Assembly (NCBI GenBank): GCA_009914755.4
Contig: CP086569.2
Coordinates: forward strand, 23,168,001-23,232,000
Source: the human T2T-CHM13v2.0 reference genome, Homo sapiens
Reading direction: 5' to 3'
DNA: 64,000 nt
The notes beneath the pieces were generated by a model, which ran no database searches, was not told the DNA's origin, and saw nothing but the letters and a program-made list of their open reading frames with translations. Shown one piece after another: positions 14,155 through 31,470 of this stretch. The first letter of the stretch is position 1. The number at the start of each line of letters is the position of its first letter. Made by a program: the position numbers and the translations under genes.

Positions 14155-14182
14155 TGCATTGGTATATCTATATACCAATGCA
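14155..14182. repeat. 28-nt perfect palindrome at the 3' edge of the minisatellite
   Basis: tgcattggtatat ct atataccaatgca: 13-nt arms that are exact reverse complements. The right arm is L1-derived sequence (atatagaccaatgga in L1). Confidence 0.85.
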
Positions 14183-16626
14183 ACAGATCAGTGGGCTCAG
14201 AAATAACACCACACTTCTACAAACATCTGATCTTCAACAAACCTTACAAGCAAAGCAATGTGGAGATCATTCCCTATTTAATAAATTTTGATGGGAAAAC
14301 TGGCTAGTCGTATGCAGAAAATAGTAACTGGACCCCTTCCTAACACGTTATACAAAAATTAACTCAAGATGGATTAAAGACTTAAATATAAGACCTAAAA
14401 CCATAAAAAGCCTAGAAGAAAACCTAGGCAATACTATTCAGGACATAGGCATTGGAAAAGACTTTATTACTAAAACACCAAAAGCAATGGCAACAAAAGC
14501 CAAATTTGACAAACGAGACCTAATTAAATAAAAAAACTTCTGCAGAGCAAAAGAAACTATCATCAGGTTGAACAGGCAACATGCAGAATGGGAGAAAATT
14601 TTTGCAATCTATCCATCTCACAAAGAACTAATACCCAGGATCTACAAAAAATTTAAACAAATTTAGAAGAAAAAAAAACAAGCTCATCAAAAAGTGGGAG
14701 AAGTATATGAACAGATACCACTCAAAAGAAGACACTTTTGCAGCCAACAGACATGGGAAGAAAAGCTCATCATCACTGATCATTAGAGTAATGCTAATGG
14801 AAACTACAGTGAGATACCATCTCATGCCAGTTAGAATGGCGATCACTAAAAAGTCAAGAAACAACAGATGCTGGAGAGATGTGGAGAAAAACAATGCTTT
14901 TCCACTGTTGGTAGCACTGTAAATTAGTTCAACCATTGTGGAAGATAGTGTGGTGATTCTTCAAGGATCTATAACTAGAAATACCATTTGACCCAGCAAT
15001 CCCATTACTGGGTATATACCCAAAGGGTTATAAATCATTCTACTATTAAGACACATGCACATGTATGTTTATCTTGGTACTGTTCACAATAGCAAAGACT
15101 TGCAACCAACCCAAATGCCCATCAATGTTAGACTGCATAAAGAAAATACAGCATATATACACCATGGAATACTATGCAGCCATAAAAATGATGAGTTTAT
15201 ATGCTTTGCAGAGACATGGATGAAGCTGGAAGCCATCATTCTCAGCAAACTAACACAATAACAGAATACCAAACACCCAATGTTCTCACTCATAAGTGTG
15301 AGTTGAACAATGAGAACACATGGACACAGCAAGGGGAACATTACACCAGGGAGCCAGCCTGTCAGTGGTGGGGGATAGGGAGGGAGAGCATTAGGATAAA
15401 TACCTAATGTAGATGATGGGTTGATGGGTGCAGCAAGCCACCATTGCATGTGTATACCTGTGTAAGTAACCTGCATGTATTGCACATGTACCCCAGAACT
15501 TAAAGTATTATAATAATTTTTAAAATGACCTTGTTGAGAAAATTAAACTTTGAGAATTGTTGCCTTATTTGTGGTTTTGGCTTTTGAACAATCTCTAAAT
15601 GTAATCTTATTACACTTTCTGCACATGGTTAGTATTGGATATAATGCTTGTCTTTAGTATGGAGGGCGGATATTCCCAATTTATAATCAAATAATTTAAC
15701 ATTATGCATTTGGGCCATATCATATCCATTTTAGGATGAAAAGACACTGTTGCTAAGGACTTATTGTTTGAAGTCACAAGAAGGAGCAAACACAAAATAC
15801 AGAAATGAGTTTTCTGGACGTGTATGTATATATGGTCCTACAAAATTTTCTTTCTTTGGTTCAACAAAGTTGTATTTGGCATACATATCCTATTCAGTGT
15901 TGTGGATACAATAAGGATTGAGGAGTTAGTCCTTTACCCAAAAGACTTATAGTAAAATGGGAATAGTGGAGGCCATCTCCCATGTCATTTCTCTATATCA
16001 GTAAAGAAAATTTGAAAAATAAAATTCTAAAAATATGGAATTTATATTATTATACAAATTATGTAATATATAGATTTAAATGTAATTACAAGATGTTTTA
16101 CCAAAATTACATGTTATTTAGATAAATTAGAAAATATTTAATAATAGGAGAAATATAACATATTCCAGATTAAAAGCAATATTTTTAAGATTTAAAATTT
16201 TGCTAAATTTATTTATAGATTCAATACACTCTTAATCAACATATCCTCATTTGCCTGTATTGTTTGTAAAGCCCATCTCATACCTGAGATACCATCTTGG
16301 ATAAGAAAAGGGAGAGAGAAGTGAAATGAGTAAACTGAGCATTTGAGCATTGTGCTTAAGTGACTATTTTTATTATCGCATTGAGCTAAGACTACTTGAT
16401 TTGTTTTTTATTTTTAATTTTTTGTGAATACAGTCATTGTATGTATTAACTTGATTTATTGAATACAGTTTTTCCCTATCTTGAGGTTCCAGATGCTCAG
16501 GAGGAATGTCACATAACTTGAATACAAAATAAAGAAGTTATGATTTATTTATACCTCTGTGTATAATGCATATACATGTAAGCCTTCATAAAAAGTTCTT
16601 AAAACATATATCTAATTTGCTTATAA

Positions 16627-16942
<316 letters not shown>

Positions 16943-18034
16943 AAAGATTTTTAGTCTTTTTAAAATCAGTGCTCAATTCATCATCATTCTTCATTTTTGG
17001 TATTTCTGTTATAAAATTTCACTAACTTTAACTTGGGCATTGAAACACTAGAACAGTATCATAAATTATATGGCATCATGCACGCCATTATCTCATGTGA
17101 TACCATTAGAAAAGAAGTGCAGTGCATAAACAAGTTTATTTAATATGTTATTTTCATTTATGTGTTTTGATCTAGATTAAAATTGATGAATATAAGCAAG
17201 AATCCAAGACAAGGATGCAAAATTTTGACGAATTGATGAACATTGCTAACATTTTAATCTTTATTATTTTGAGATACAAATTATGGATTTTAAATTTGTA
17301 ACCTCAATAATTTGTAAAAATTCATGTGTGTGTTGATATCTATCTACCATCTATCTATATATACAAATTAACAATAAAACTATAGATAAAAGAACTGAAG
17401 TTTATATTTTCTTTGCAGTATGCAATATTTTCCTGGGCGCTATAGGCTTTATCTAGTCCATTTCATACACTATGATTTCACAGTAATATGCAAATATATT
17501 TCTTAATAAACTACTTTACATTACTAATCAGCTATATACTTGAACACAAACGTGGAGATAAGGACGAAATATAGCCATTTTTAATAAAATAGTCCAAGGC
17601 ATCACCATATTCTATGTTCTAATGAGAAGCTACTCTGGATTTAAAATTATTTTTAATTTCAAATATAAAGTATTTTTGAAGCTAATTAAATTCTGTAGTT
17701 TCCTAGAGACAAGAAGTCTTATTCTTTTTGCTTAGCAGGTGTGTGTATGTCTTAGGGAAGAATTTAGCTGAGGTTGTATTTAATTAGATTGATTAAATAT
17801 GCAGTTGGCTCTATAAAGACAATTTTATGGGTATTGGTTAGATATCTATTTCTAAAAACGTAGAGCTTCTCTTTATTTCATGCTGTTTGCTCCTGTCTGC
17901 CAGGGATTTAAATAGGGAAACTAGCTGTGTTCATGAAAATGTGAATATATTCCTAAACGTGTTCTTTACCTCATCTATGTTATTTTGCACCAAGAGTCAA
18001 TGCATTGCCCATTTCGTTGTGAATATATACATAT

Positions 18035-18500
<466 letters not shown>

Positions 18501-18790
18501 TAATACTACTATACCTCTGTATCTCCCTCACAGCACCATTCACTTTCTACTTTCTAGCATGTTTAATCAGCTTTACAAACATTCCTTGAGGGGGGATTTT
18601 TATCTAATTTATTAATTTTTTTTCTTCCCATAAAACTAATAGTTTGTGTACAATTAGTGCTCAATAAACACTTTAAAGAGTTATTTGTTCGAGACACAGA
18701 ACATAAATAAAAAAGTAACAGTAAATAAATTATTAAATGAGTGAATGAATTTTCCTTTCTCTTTAAGCTTTATTTTATTTATTTATTTAT

Positions 18791-19086
18791 TTTTTTTTTT
18801 GAGATGGAGACTTGCTCTGTGGCCCAGGCTGGAGAGCAGTGGCGAGATCTGGGCTCAGTGCAAGCTCTGTCTCCCGGGTTCACGCCATTCTCCTGCCTCA
18901 GCCTCCTCAGTAGCTGTGATTACAGGAGCCCGCCACCACGCTCAGCTAATTTTTTTTTTGTATTTTTTAGTAGAGACGGGCTTTCACCATGTTAGCCAGG
19001 ATGGTCTTGATCTCCTGATCTCATGATCTGCCCACCTCTGCCTCCCAAAGTGCTGGGATTACAGGCGTGGGCCACCGTGCCCGGCC
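18791..19086 (-). mobile_element. Alu (AluS-type), full length
   Basis: T-run + gagatggagacttgctctgtggcccaggctggagagcagtggcg...ggattacaggcgtgggccaccgtgcccggcc. Confidence 0.9.
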
Positions 19087-19197
19087 CTCTTTAAGCTTTT
19101 TAACCAAGGGTCTTGAATATATTCTGGGTTCTTATTTGCAAATAGGAGAATCTAGTCTGATTAGATTATACAAAAAAAAAAAATAAAGTATATAATC

Positions 19198-19258
19198 TCA
19201 CAGAATCTCTGAAAAGTCTAGAGAGCCCTAGTTCCCTTGTCAGGAACAAAGCCCAGGC
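19198..19258 (+). repeat. Low-copy ~65-bp direct repeat, copy 1
   Basis: atctctgaaaagtctagagagccctagttcccttgtcaggaacaaagcccaggcatacagcag. It matches 20090-20160 at ~90% identity. Confidence 0.6.
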
Positions 19259-20089
19259 ATACAGCAGATGCCGACGTATGGAAAATACCATCCATCCCTA
19301 CCAATTGCTCAGCACTTACGAGATGCAAAGCAGGATCACAAGACTCTGTTAATGTCATCCCTTGAGCTGAACACAAGTTTTAGCTACATTCTACAGAATT
19401 AATGTGTGTATCTTCTAGAACCACTATGAATACCTCTCCTTCAAAAACTTATTGCTTGTGAAAAACCAACTATGTTTAGCAAGTCATGAAACAACTGTAG
19501 TCATTTATCAGTGGTCACAGACTCACATTTAAGCATAACTTTAAATGTGTCATAGACCTGACACTTATCATTATGAATCAACATTAATCTCATGAAGATG
19601 AACTGGAGGTTGAAAGCCTGCAATTACCCACCAGCTAGGTACACCATTATTAGCCATGATGAAAATGCATCTGGGTTTTCATGTCAGGGCATATTGCCCA
19701 CCTGAGAAGGTAATAATCCTGAGAAATGACACTTCAACTTCCATGTCTTCATAGTCCCCAACAATCACTCAATCACATCAAGCACATGCCAAACTATTCT
19801 TGTGTTTCAAGGCTGACTTAGCAAACTGGTGGACTGAGAGAAATAACAATTCAAATTAAAGATGAGTGCAGTGGCTGTTAAGCAATATGACTTGCCAGTC
19901 ATAAAATGAGTAGGAAATAGTGTGACAAGGATAACCTCCAGTAGAAAGAACCAAAGTATTTCATTTTGACACCATCCACTTAGAAAAAATATGCTGATTT
20001 AGTTTCCATGAACATCTGATGTAATTTTATACAGTTTCTCACTGCAGTACAAGAAGTCAGGTAGATATGCTAGTATTTTCCTTAAAAAA

Positions 20090-20160
20090 CACAAAGATTC
20101 TGAAAAGACTAGAGAGCCCAAGTTCCCTTGTCAGGAACAAAACCCAAGCATACAGCAAGA
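20090..20160 (+). repeat. Low-copy ~65-bp direct repeat, copy 2
   Basis: attctgaaaagactagagagcccaagttcccttgtcaggaacaaaacccaagcatacagcaag. Confidence 0.6.
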
Positions 20161-21429
20161 GAAAACTCCAAAAAACTTGAAATACCACAGCCTGAGCATC
20201 ATTCAACTGGCATGGGGGGTAAATCATTTAATTACCACTGAGTCTTAGGTTCATTGACTCTTTTTTTAATTCCTGAATATATTAGACATCAATTTTCTTC
20301 ATAAAATCATACACTTCATAAGAATTAACAATTATTCCTAATTTTTGGCTACCCATGATATCCCTTGTCCCCCATGTCTATTCTTATTTTTTCATACAAC
20401 AGAATTTTTGGCTTATCGGATAGCTGCACAGAGCAATACATTATATTCTAGCTTTGCCTGAAGTCAGATATGACCATGTGATAAATTTCTGTCTGGTGCA
20501 GTATATTAGAAAAGGTTTGTGCAACTTCTGGGGTGTGCATTTCAAAGGAGGGAGCGGTCATACCATTGTCCTTGTAAGTCATCTGGCTGGCCAGAATGTG
20601 GTCATGCCTGCAGGAGTCAGAACAGCCTCCTTGCACCACAAGATGTCTGTTGAGGATAGCAGAACAACAAAATAGAGGGAATGTAGGTCTCTGAAAATGT
20701 TGAAGATTACAGCAACCACATCAGCTTAGAATTGTATATAAGAGAAAAATTAGCTTCTGTCTCATTTAAAACTACAATTATATTTTAATGATGAGCAACT
20801 CATTGATTGCACTGTTGGTACTATACCTATCCCTATTGTATGGGCAAACTTTACTACAGAATCAAATAACGTTATCATGACAGGTTATCAGAAACCAACT
20901 GGATGAGTATCTTCCCATCCTCATCTCATATTTGTCAACTTAGATGACAAATGGATGAATGCTAGAATTTAAAATATATCTCAAATTAAAATTTAACACA
21001 ATTTCATCTGAACCATGCCTAGGTTTTGGTTTTTGCTTTGATTCTCCATTCAGCAGTGAAAGGAAAGGGAATATTTCAATAATTATTATATTATATAATA
21101 TCTATATTACTTATTCTAATGATTTACTTTTAAAATAATTTAAGAATATACATATTTGTAAAATTATTAACTTTAAAACTTTGGTTTAACAAAAATATGT
21201 ATTCTATGATATAGTTTTTGCTTAGAAATATACATTTATATATTCATGCATATTTGCATGACTGTGTCAATATTTATTCAAAGAAAAATCATGAAAGTTT
21301 ACACAATGACTTCTCAGTTATGCCCTCTGAGACAGTAATTAAAGATGGTAAGTGAATAAGTTTGTCTTTTTTATTATATACTCAAGTATTAATTAAACTT
21401 TTCAATGAGCTTTGGTCTTGATCGGCACA

Positions 21430-22200
21430 TGAAAACAGACTAATACAGTAAATTTTTACAAAGAGTGAGGTGCTGCTGAAAAGATACCTGAAAATGTGGA
21501 AGTGACTTTGAAACTGGGTAATAGGCAGATATTGGGATAGTTTGGAGGGCTCAGAAAAAGAGAGAAAATGTGAGAAAGTTTGGAACTTCCTAGAGACTTG
21601 TTGAACGGCTTTGACAGAAATACTGATAGTGATATGAACAATAGGTCTGGACTGGGGTGGTCTCAGATGGAGAGGAGTAACTTGTTGGAACTGCAGCAAA
21701 GGTGACTCTTGTTATCTTTTAGCAAAGAGACTGGCAGCATATTGCCCCTGCCCTGAAGATTTGTGAAACTTTGAACTTGAGAGAGATGATACAGGGTAGC
21801 ATTCTCAGGGGGTATGCTTGCAGCTACAGGAAGATGTATGGGAATAGACACACAACTCTCCCTCCCAGATAAGCACAACAAAGTGACACAGAAGCAGTCC
21901 AAGCCTCTGATATACTCTTCCGGACTGAATTCTTAGAATCTATTTGTGTGAAAGAGATTGTTTCTTGAACTAACTCGACCAGAAAACCCTCTCAGGTTTG
22001 CTTTCTTTAAAATAAACTTGCCCTTCACTGTGAAGCCACCTTTCATTTTTGTCTTGTCTTCCTTCAATTCTTACACTTAGTGCCAAAACCTGTGACTGGT
22101 GTTGAGAGCATAGGCTGTCTTGCAACCCAGGAGGCAGTAGGCAATGACAGCTCATCCTGAGTTAACTCCTGTATCCTAAAGTTCTCTGACTACATGTCCC
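21430..22200. repeat. Probable ancient interspersed repeat (family not determined from memory)
   Basis: The stretch ..ctgaaaatgtggaagtgactttgaaactgggtaataggcagatattgggatagtttggagggctcagaaaaag..ttgttggaactgcagcaaaggtgactcttgttatcttttagcaaagagactggcagcatattgcccctgccctgaagatttgtgaaactttgaacttgagagagatgat.. is familiar as a common human dispersed repeat. Classification needs Dfam. Confidence 0.3.
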
Positions 22201-22389
22201 ATCTTTTCTCTTGCTTAACTTTTCAAGTGATTTGTGTGAAGAGGACAACTAACTTGAACAGGCTGTGAGGCTCAGGTAGAGGCTACTCCCTGGTGGGATC
22301 TCAAAACACTCAGGTCTCAGGAATCCACCTCTGACCATGCACAATGGGTATTTTGCTCCCCAACCCTCCCTTGCCCCTTCTTCCTCCAT

Positions 22390-22460
22390 CTTCTCTCTCT
22401 CTCTCTCTTTCTCTCTTTCTTTCTCTCTCTCCCTCTCCCCCACTCTCTCTCTCTCTTCCT
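22390..22460. repeat. (CT)n / polypyrimidine simple repeat
   Basis: tctctctctctctctctttctctctttctttctctctctccctctcccccactctctctctctctt. Confidence 0.9.
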
Positions 22461-23832
22461 CAAATGGCTACAGCCTGGGAGGCCCTTTTCCAACCATAGC
22501 CAGAACATCCAACATCAGATACTAATTCAGATGACTAGTGAGATCTGCCTTCTCCCAGCTTTCTCTCAGTACCAGAGAAAGTCTGCCTGCTGTCCAGGTC
22601 CTGGGAGGTCCAATCAGACTAACAGGGCTGAGCTAGAGGAAATCTTGGCACCCAGTTCCTTCTCAGCTTAATGGTCCCCTTTTGGAAAGAGGAATCTGGG
22701 TCTCTGTCTTTTGTCTGGGGATGCCTAGAACACAACGGACACCCCCAGCTTCTTCTTACCAGTCCACATAAGTGCCAAACAATCTCACATCCCTACATCC
22801 TCCCCACTGGACTGCCGTATTTGGGACCTAGCCAAACTTGGCTTATGGTTGACCTTAAAGCCAAAACATTTAATTTTCTACTGGAACATGGTCTTAACAA
22901 CTTTTTTATGAGAAATGGCAAATGACAAGAGATTTCCCCATGTTCAGACTTTCTTCTATTGTCAACCTCAGCCCTCATCCTTCTCTACCTGTTCAAAAAC
23001 TACTCCAGCCAGTTAAAACTTCTCTGCCATTCTCCCTCTCTGGGAAGTGGTTAGGGTTAAAGGTAGTCCTCACATTCATGCCCCCTTCTCCATGTCTAAT
23101 TTGTGACAAATTGAACAGCTTCTGGGACTTTTCTCTAAAAATCCCTCTCATTATCACAGGAAATTCCTGCACATAACCCAATTCTTTCATTTAAGTTGGC
23201 ATTACATTTACATAATTCTAACCTCCACCTTTACCCTTAATAAAAAAGAGTGCTCAGCTTTATTAAAATGGACATCTTAGCTATAACAATACTCAAAAGG
23301 CCTTTAGGTTTTTTTCTTCCCAAATTGTGTTTTCCTGAAAAGGGGTTTTTCTCAGTCAAAACTACTTTTCTTCACTCTGCCTTGCCACTCTTGCTGCATG
23401 CATAAAAGATCCCAGAATAACTACTGGTGGCCTAGGACTCCCCAGGAAGACAGAAAACTTGCCACAAGTCCCATCTTGAAAAAAATAACTATTTTCCTTA
23501 TGGAACCACTACAATTAAAGGTGAATAAGTACCTCTCAAAAATCTTTCTTTGTCTTCCAGATATGCTTGTTTGTTAGGCCCTAAAATTTGTTTACCTAGT
23601 TCTTCTCTTAAAGGGCCTGACCCTGAGGCCAATAATCCAATCTGGAAATTAGCAAATGGAAATCTTACAACTACTGGGTCTTCTTCTGGTTGTCTGTGTG
23701 GCTATATATGTGTTATGTATATTATCTAAATTAAAAAGAACTTTAATAAATTAATTGTCCTAAGAAAAGAAAGTACTTAAATCAAGTATTTTTAAGAAAA
23801 TGCTAAGCAAAGTAATACTATGTACATTGCCT

Positions 23833-27118
<3,286 letters not shown>

Positions 27119-28251
27119 AAACACAGCATTCACAGTTGATACTATTAATACCAATGTTAAATTTAAGCTACTTATATTAAATTGCATACAAATGCAGTAA
27201 AAGTATATGGACATTCACGGTAATAAAAATGACCAAATTTTTCTTCGTTTTACTTTGAAATGTAGAAGCTAATGTGGTAGTTTTCTTTACTTTAAATTGT
27301 ATATACTGTAAACAAGCAAGTTCAGCTTTGTTACTGAAAATAGCAATAATGCTGAGATAAGTAAATTCTAACAGGTTAGAAAATAAAACAAAGCTGAGAA
27401 GGTTAAAATCCATCATCTCAATCCATCATGCTGAGGGGAGAAGCACTGAAAAGCCATCTCCTGACTTAATGGAAATCGATATTTCTGCCAAAGTCTGGGT
27501 ACAGCTGTAAAGGTTCACAAAAATTACTGTACCTGAATGACTTCTGCTTTCTTACTAACTGAGAAACTTTATGTTCTAAAATTACAAACAGAGTGTTTGC
27601 TGTTTGAAATGTTATCAGTGAAGATAAAACTTAGCAGTCTTTTCCAGCTGATTAATGTCACTTTCCACAGAAGAAAAACTGATTTCCAGTCTAGCTGCAT
27701 AGCTTCAAATAACAAGCATGTGCACTCAAAATTCCACACAAATGTCAACTTGTGATCTACAAGGAATAAAGACACTGGGTTCTCTCACAGTCTAAACATG
27801 ATGTTTTGGCCTTTCATACATAGGAGTACTTTACCTTGAACTTGTAGAAATTCTACTCTGTTTAAATATCTACTCACCTCCTTTCCCATAAATCCTACAG
27901 TACCAAGTTTTATTACTTTAGTTGCCCCACAGGCATGGTTGACCTTACTGTAACAAGTCAATGCAATTTTATTAGATTATAGGGTTGTCCTATGTAGTCA
28001 GAGACTAGCTGGATTAAGTCACAGAATTTCTCTGTCTAGCTGTTTTCCCCATAGTAAATGCAACTGGCAAAAATGTCTAATATGCCTTGAATCCCTAGAT
28101 ATAAAACACATTTTCTGATTTTGCTAAATTGATTCCTGCATACAATACTCATTTGAGAGAAGTGTCATTTTTCAAGTGACTAATATAAAAATGGTAATGT
28201 CCATAATAATTTGTATTCTATTTTATTTTAAAATGTGGATTTTTTTCTCCA

Positions 28252-28520
28252 GGCAAGATGGCTCACACCTGTAATCCCAGCACTTCAGGAGGCTGAGGCA
28301 GGTGTATCTCAAATGAGACCAACATGGCGAAAGCCCATCTTTACTAAAAATACAAAAAAACTTTGCCAGGTCTGACAGCATATGCCTGTAGTACTAGCTA
28401 TTCGGAAGGCAAGAGAATCACCTCCTGGTGAAGATTGCAGAGAGCCAAGATCGTGCCATTGCACTCCAGCATGGGCCAGAGAACTGGACTCTTTAAAAAA
28501 AGTAAAATAAAATAAAATAT
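28252..28520 (+). mobile_element. Old Alu (AluJ-like), diverged
   Basis: aggcaagatggctcacacctgtaatcccagcacttcaggaggctgaggcaggtg...ccattgcactccagcatgggccagag + A-rich tail. Confidence 0.8.
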
Positions 28521-29289
28521 ATGTGGATTTTTTCAAAAACATAAGCAACTTTTTATGTTCTTTTGGAAATTTGTGTCTGTATGCGTTTTTTTGACACAGA
28601 AAGTAGTACATAGAGAAGCTTTTACAAATGTTTCAACTATATTTGAATTTTATTTTAATACCCCATATTAAATTACCCTCTGATCTGGTTTTTTAATGCT
28701 TTTAAGTCTGAGCATAATAACTCACTAAAAAGATTTCTGTAGGGCTTGGGTTCTGCTAACATTATTTTCTTGGCTGTATTTTATCTAAGTTCATTATGCA
28801 AACAATTTGCATTGTGTCATCAAAAATGACTTCTGAAAGCCTTCTGTGGCCCCTGTTATGCCACTAACCATAATGGGGTAACGGGGACCATATTTACCCT
28901 CCCAGGTTAAATAACTATAAAACTAGACAGAAATATGAAACAAAGACTGTTCTACATTCAATTACAGGCAGCATCAAACAGTAATTTCTCAGAAAAGATG
29001 AACAAAGACAGTGTAAGGATGAACCTTGCTTTTCACCAGGCCATAACTTAGTGGGTGTTACTATATTGAGAAGACTAAAATCAGAGTTCAACTATATCAA
29101 GAAAGCTAGAATGTGTAGAGCAAAATGCCAGGAAAAAAAGAGGACTTACACAAAAAGAAAACCCCAGAGATGCAAGAGAGTTGATGCAGGTCTTCTGCTG
29201 GCTGTTAATCTGCATATCCCTGTGAGAAAATTGTCTGAAGCTTAAAAGAAAGCACTGGAACAAAACTATTCCCTGTACATGCATCTATA

Positions 29290-31470
29290 ATGCCGATTGG
29301 GCAGAATACTTTGACTTTGGTTCTGGGTAAGTAGCATAGCATGATCTTCATATTATTTCTTTAGCTATGTTCAATATCTGAAATGTATGAGAGTGCCTTA
29401 ATGGCTTAGGTTGTAGTTGTTTTAAGAGCCTGTGATGAGACTTTGCTGAGGTTTGGTGTGCTGGTCAGGCCTGAAATCAGGCTCCTTGGTAGCATCAGAA
29501 AACAGCAGCTGTGGCAGCTGCATTGGGCAGGTAAGTCCTAGGGGTCCCAGGCATCATGGGAGGGCCCCACTGTGGTGGCTGTGGACTAGGTGGGCCAGAT
29601 TTTGGTCCCCCATGTGGTACATGTGGGTGCCTATAATGGCAGTAACAGCTTAGGTTCTGGGTTGTGGGTCCTGACATGACACTCAGCAGTGTCTGGTTGT
29701 CTTGCTGCTGAGAGGTTGGGAGGAGTTGGTGCCTCAGTGGCAGCAACCTTAGGCAGGTATTTCCCACGCTCTATGGGTCACACATTTTTGTTCCCTATGT
29801 TTTGGAGCAGCCTCTCAAATATGCTAGAATGCCTATTCCCTGGGGTATAGGATGCTGCATCATTTCCATTACCATGGACCCAGACACACTGCTGCACCCA
29901 GCTGACATCGTGACACTGAGGCCTTTGGGTGGACAAGAGGGCATGTCAGCAAGGACCCAGGATATGGAGATGCAGGGGATATTGGAGCCCTGGGCAAAAG
30001 CTGTCTAGAACCTACATCAGCCTCAATATTGGGCCACACACCAGCAATGTGGGCCTCTGTGGGCATGGGGTCTTGTGTGAGTTCCCTCCCTGGGACAATG
30101 TAGTTGGGTGGCGATCAGGCATGTCTCTGTATTAGTCTTAGGACATGTCCTCACAGGCCAAGGGGATTCTCTGCATCTAGGATTGCAAATGTGGTCTTTC
30201 TTTCTCCTCCAGCAGAGAATTCCTTTTGGTTTTGAGCCAATTCCAGCTGGCTGCTTTGGTCCCTCTCTATACTGCTGCCATCCTGAGTTTTTATGCCTCA
30301 GAGAGTCACAGTCACTTCCTTGCTGAATTCCAGCATTCTCCCAAAGATGTTCAATTCAATGCATAGTCATCTATTTGCTATTTTGGACCTTCTTTATGGA
30401 GGAGGTGAGTCTTGAGTGACTCTAGCAGCCATCTTTATCCTTTTGTTGTTGTTATTTTATTATTTATTTGTTTATTGAGATGGAGTCTTGATCTGTTGCC
30501 CAGGCTGGAGTGCAGTGGAGCGATTTCAGCCCACTGCCACCTCCACCTTCTTCTGTCAGCCTCCCAAGTACCTGGGATTACAGGCCCCCACCACCAAGTG
30601 TGGCTAATTTTTTGTATTTTTAGTAAAGATGGGGTTTTGCATATTGGCCAGGCTGGTCTCAAACTCCTGGCCTCAGATGATCTACCCACCTCGGCCTCCC
30701 AAAGTGCTGGATTATAGGCGTGACCCACCACACCCAGCCTTTTATTTTTTATTTGTTTAAAAATATATGTCAATTATTTTTCTCTCCTTTTATCTTTGTC
30801 TTCTCCTTATAGTACTCCATACATTATCATCCTGCTTCATAATTTTCCATAAGTTCCTTAGGCTGTCTTCATGATTCCTTATCTTTCTCTTGCATTTTTA
30901 TCCTCCATTTTGATTGTTTTCAAGGACTTTGCTTAATTTTTCTTATCCTTTGTTCTGCTTGATCCAGTTTACTGTTCGGCCCCTGTATCTAATTTTTGAC
31001 TTAGGTTCCTGTATTTTTCACTTCTTTGATTTCTGTTTGATGCTTTGAAATATTTTCTACCTCTTTGTTAAACTTCTCAGTTTTTAAATGCATTGCTCTC
31101 TTGACTTCTGTTAATACCTTAGTGCTTCTTGTTTTGATTTCCTTGTCATGGACATTACATACTTTTATCAGATTCTGATTCTGTTTATTTCTTTTGTTCT
31201 TTACCTCAGAACATATTTTCCCCTCCACTGCACTCCCTCACCACCCTGCTCTCCCGTACCCACTACCACCAGCCCCGTTTTTCCTGACTATGAGTTGGTT
31301 TCTGCAAGTCAGTGGACAACCATCTTTCTTTGTTTTCCTGAACTCATCCTACATAGGAAATTTCATTTCCTTATCAGTGCAACCAGAGATTCCAGTTGCT
31401 TCTCAATTCTGTGATTGTCCAACTCACTGTCTTTCTTCCTATGCCCCACTGGATTGTTGAGTGTGTGAAA
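29290..31470 (-). mobile_element. Probable old L1 (L1M/L1PB-type) 5' region incl. ORF1 remnant, interrupted by an Alu; assignment tentative
   Basis: The minus-strand ORF 31001..31228 (..NKEVENISKHQTEIKEVKNTGT) resembles the L1 ORF1p N-terminal coiled-coil region. The flanking sequence is non-coding and looks like an old L1 5' end. I cannot confirm without Dfam. Confidence 0.35.
30455..30741 (-). mobile_element. Alu (AluS-type) inserted into the old L1-like sequence
   Basis: T-rich + gagatggagtcttgatctgttgcccaggctggagtgcagtgg...ggattataggcgtgacccaccacacccagcc. Confidence 0.9.

Noticed and set aside
20440-20680. Overlapping ORFs on both strands (..HFKGGSGHTIVLVSHLAGQNV.. / ..TYKDNGMTAPSFEMHTPEV..) that briefly looked like a processed-pseudogene fragment
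   Set aside because: No recognisable protein family, no poly(A)/TSD structure, and only ~70 aa. I could not support it from sequence alone.
22560-23830. Stretch with AATAAA and TG..CA-like ends that might be a solitary LTR
   Set aside because: I could not define the termini, TSD or family from the sequence. I left it unannotated rather than guess.
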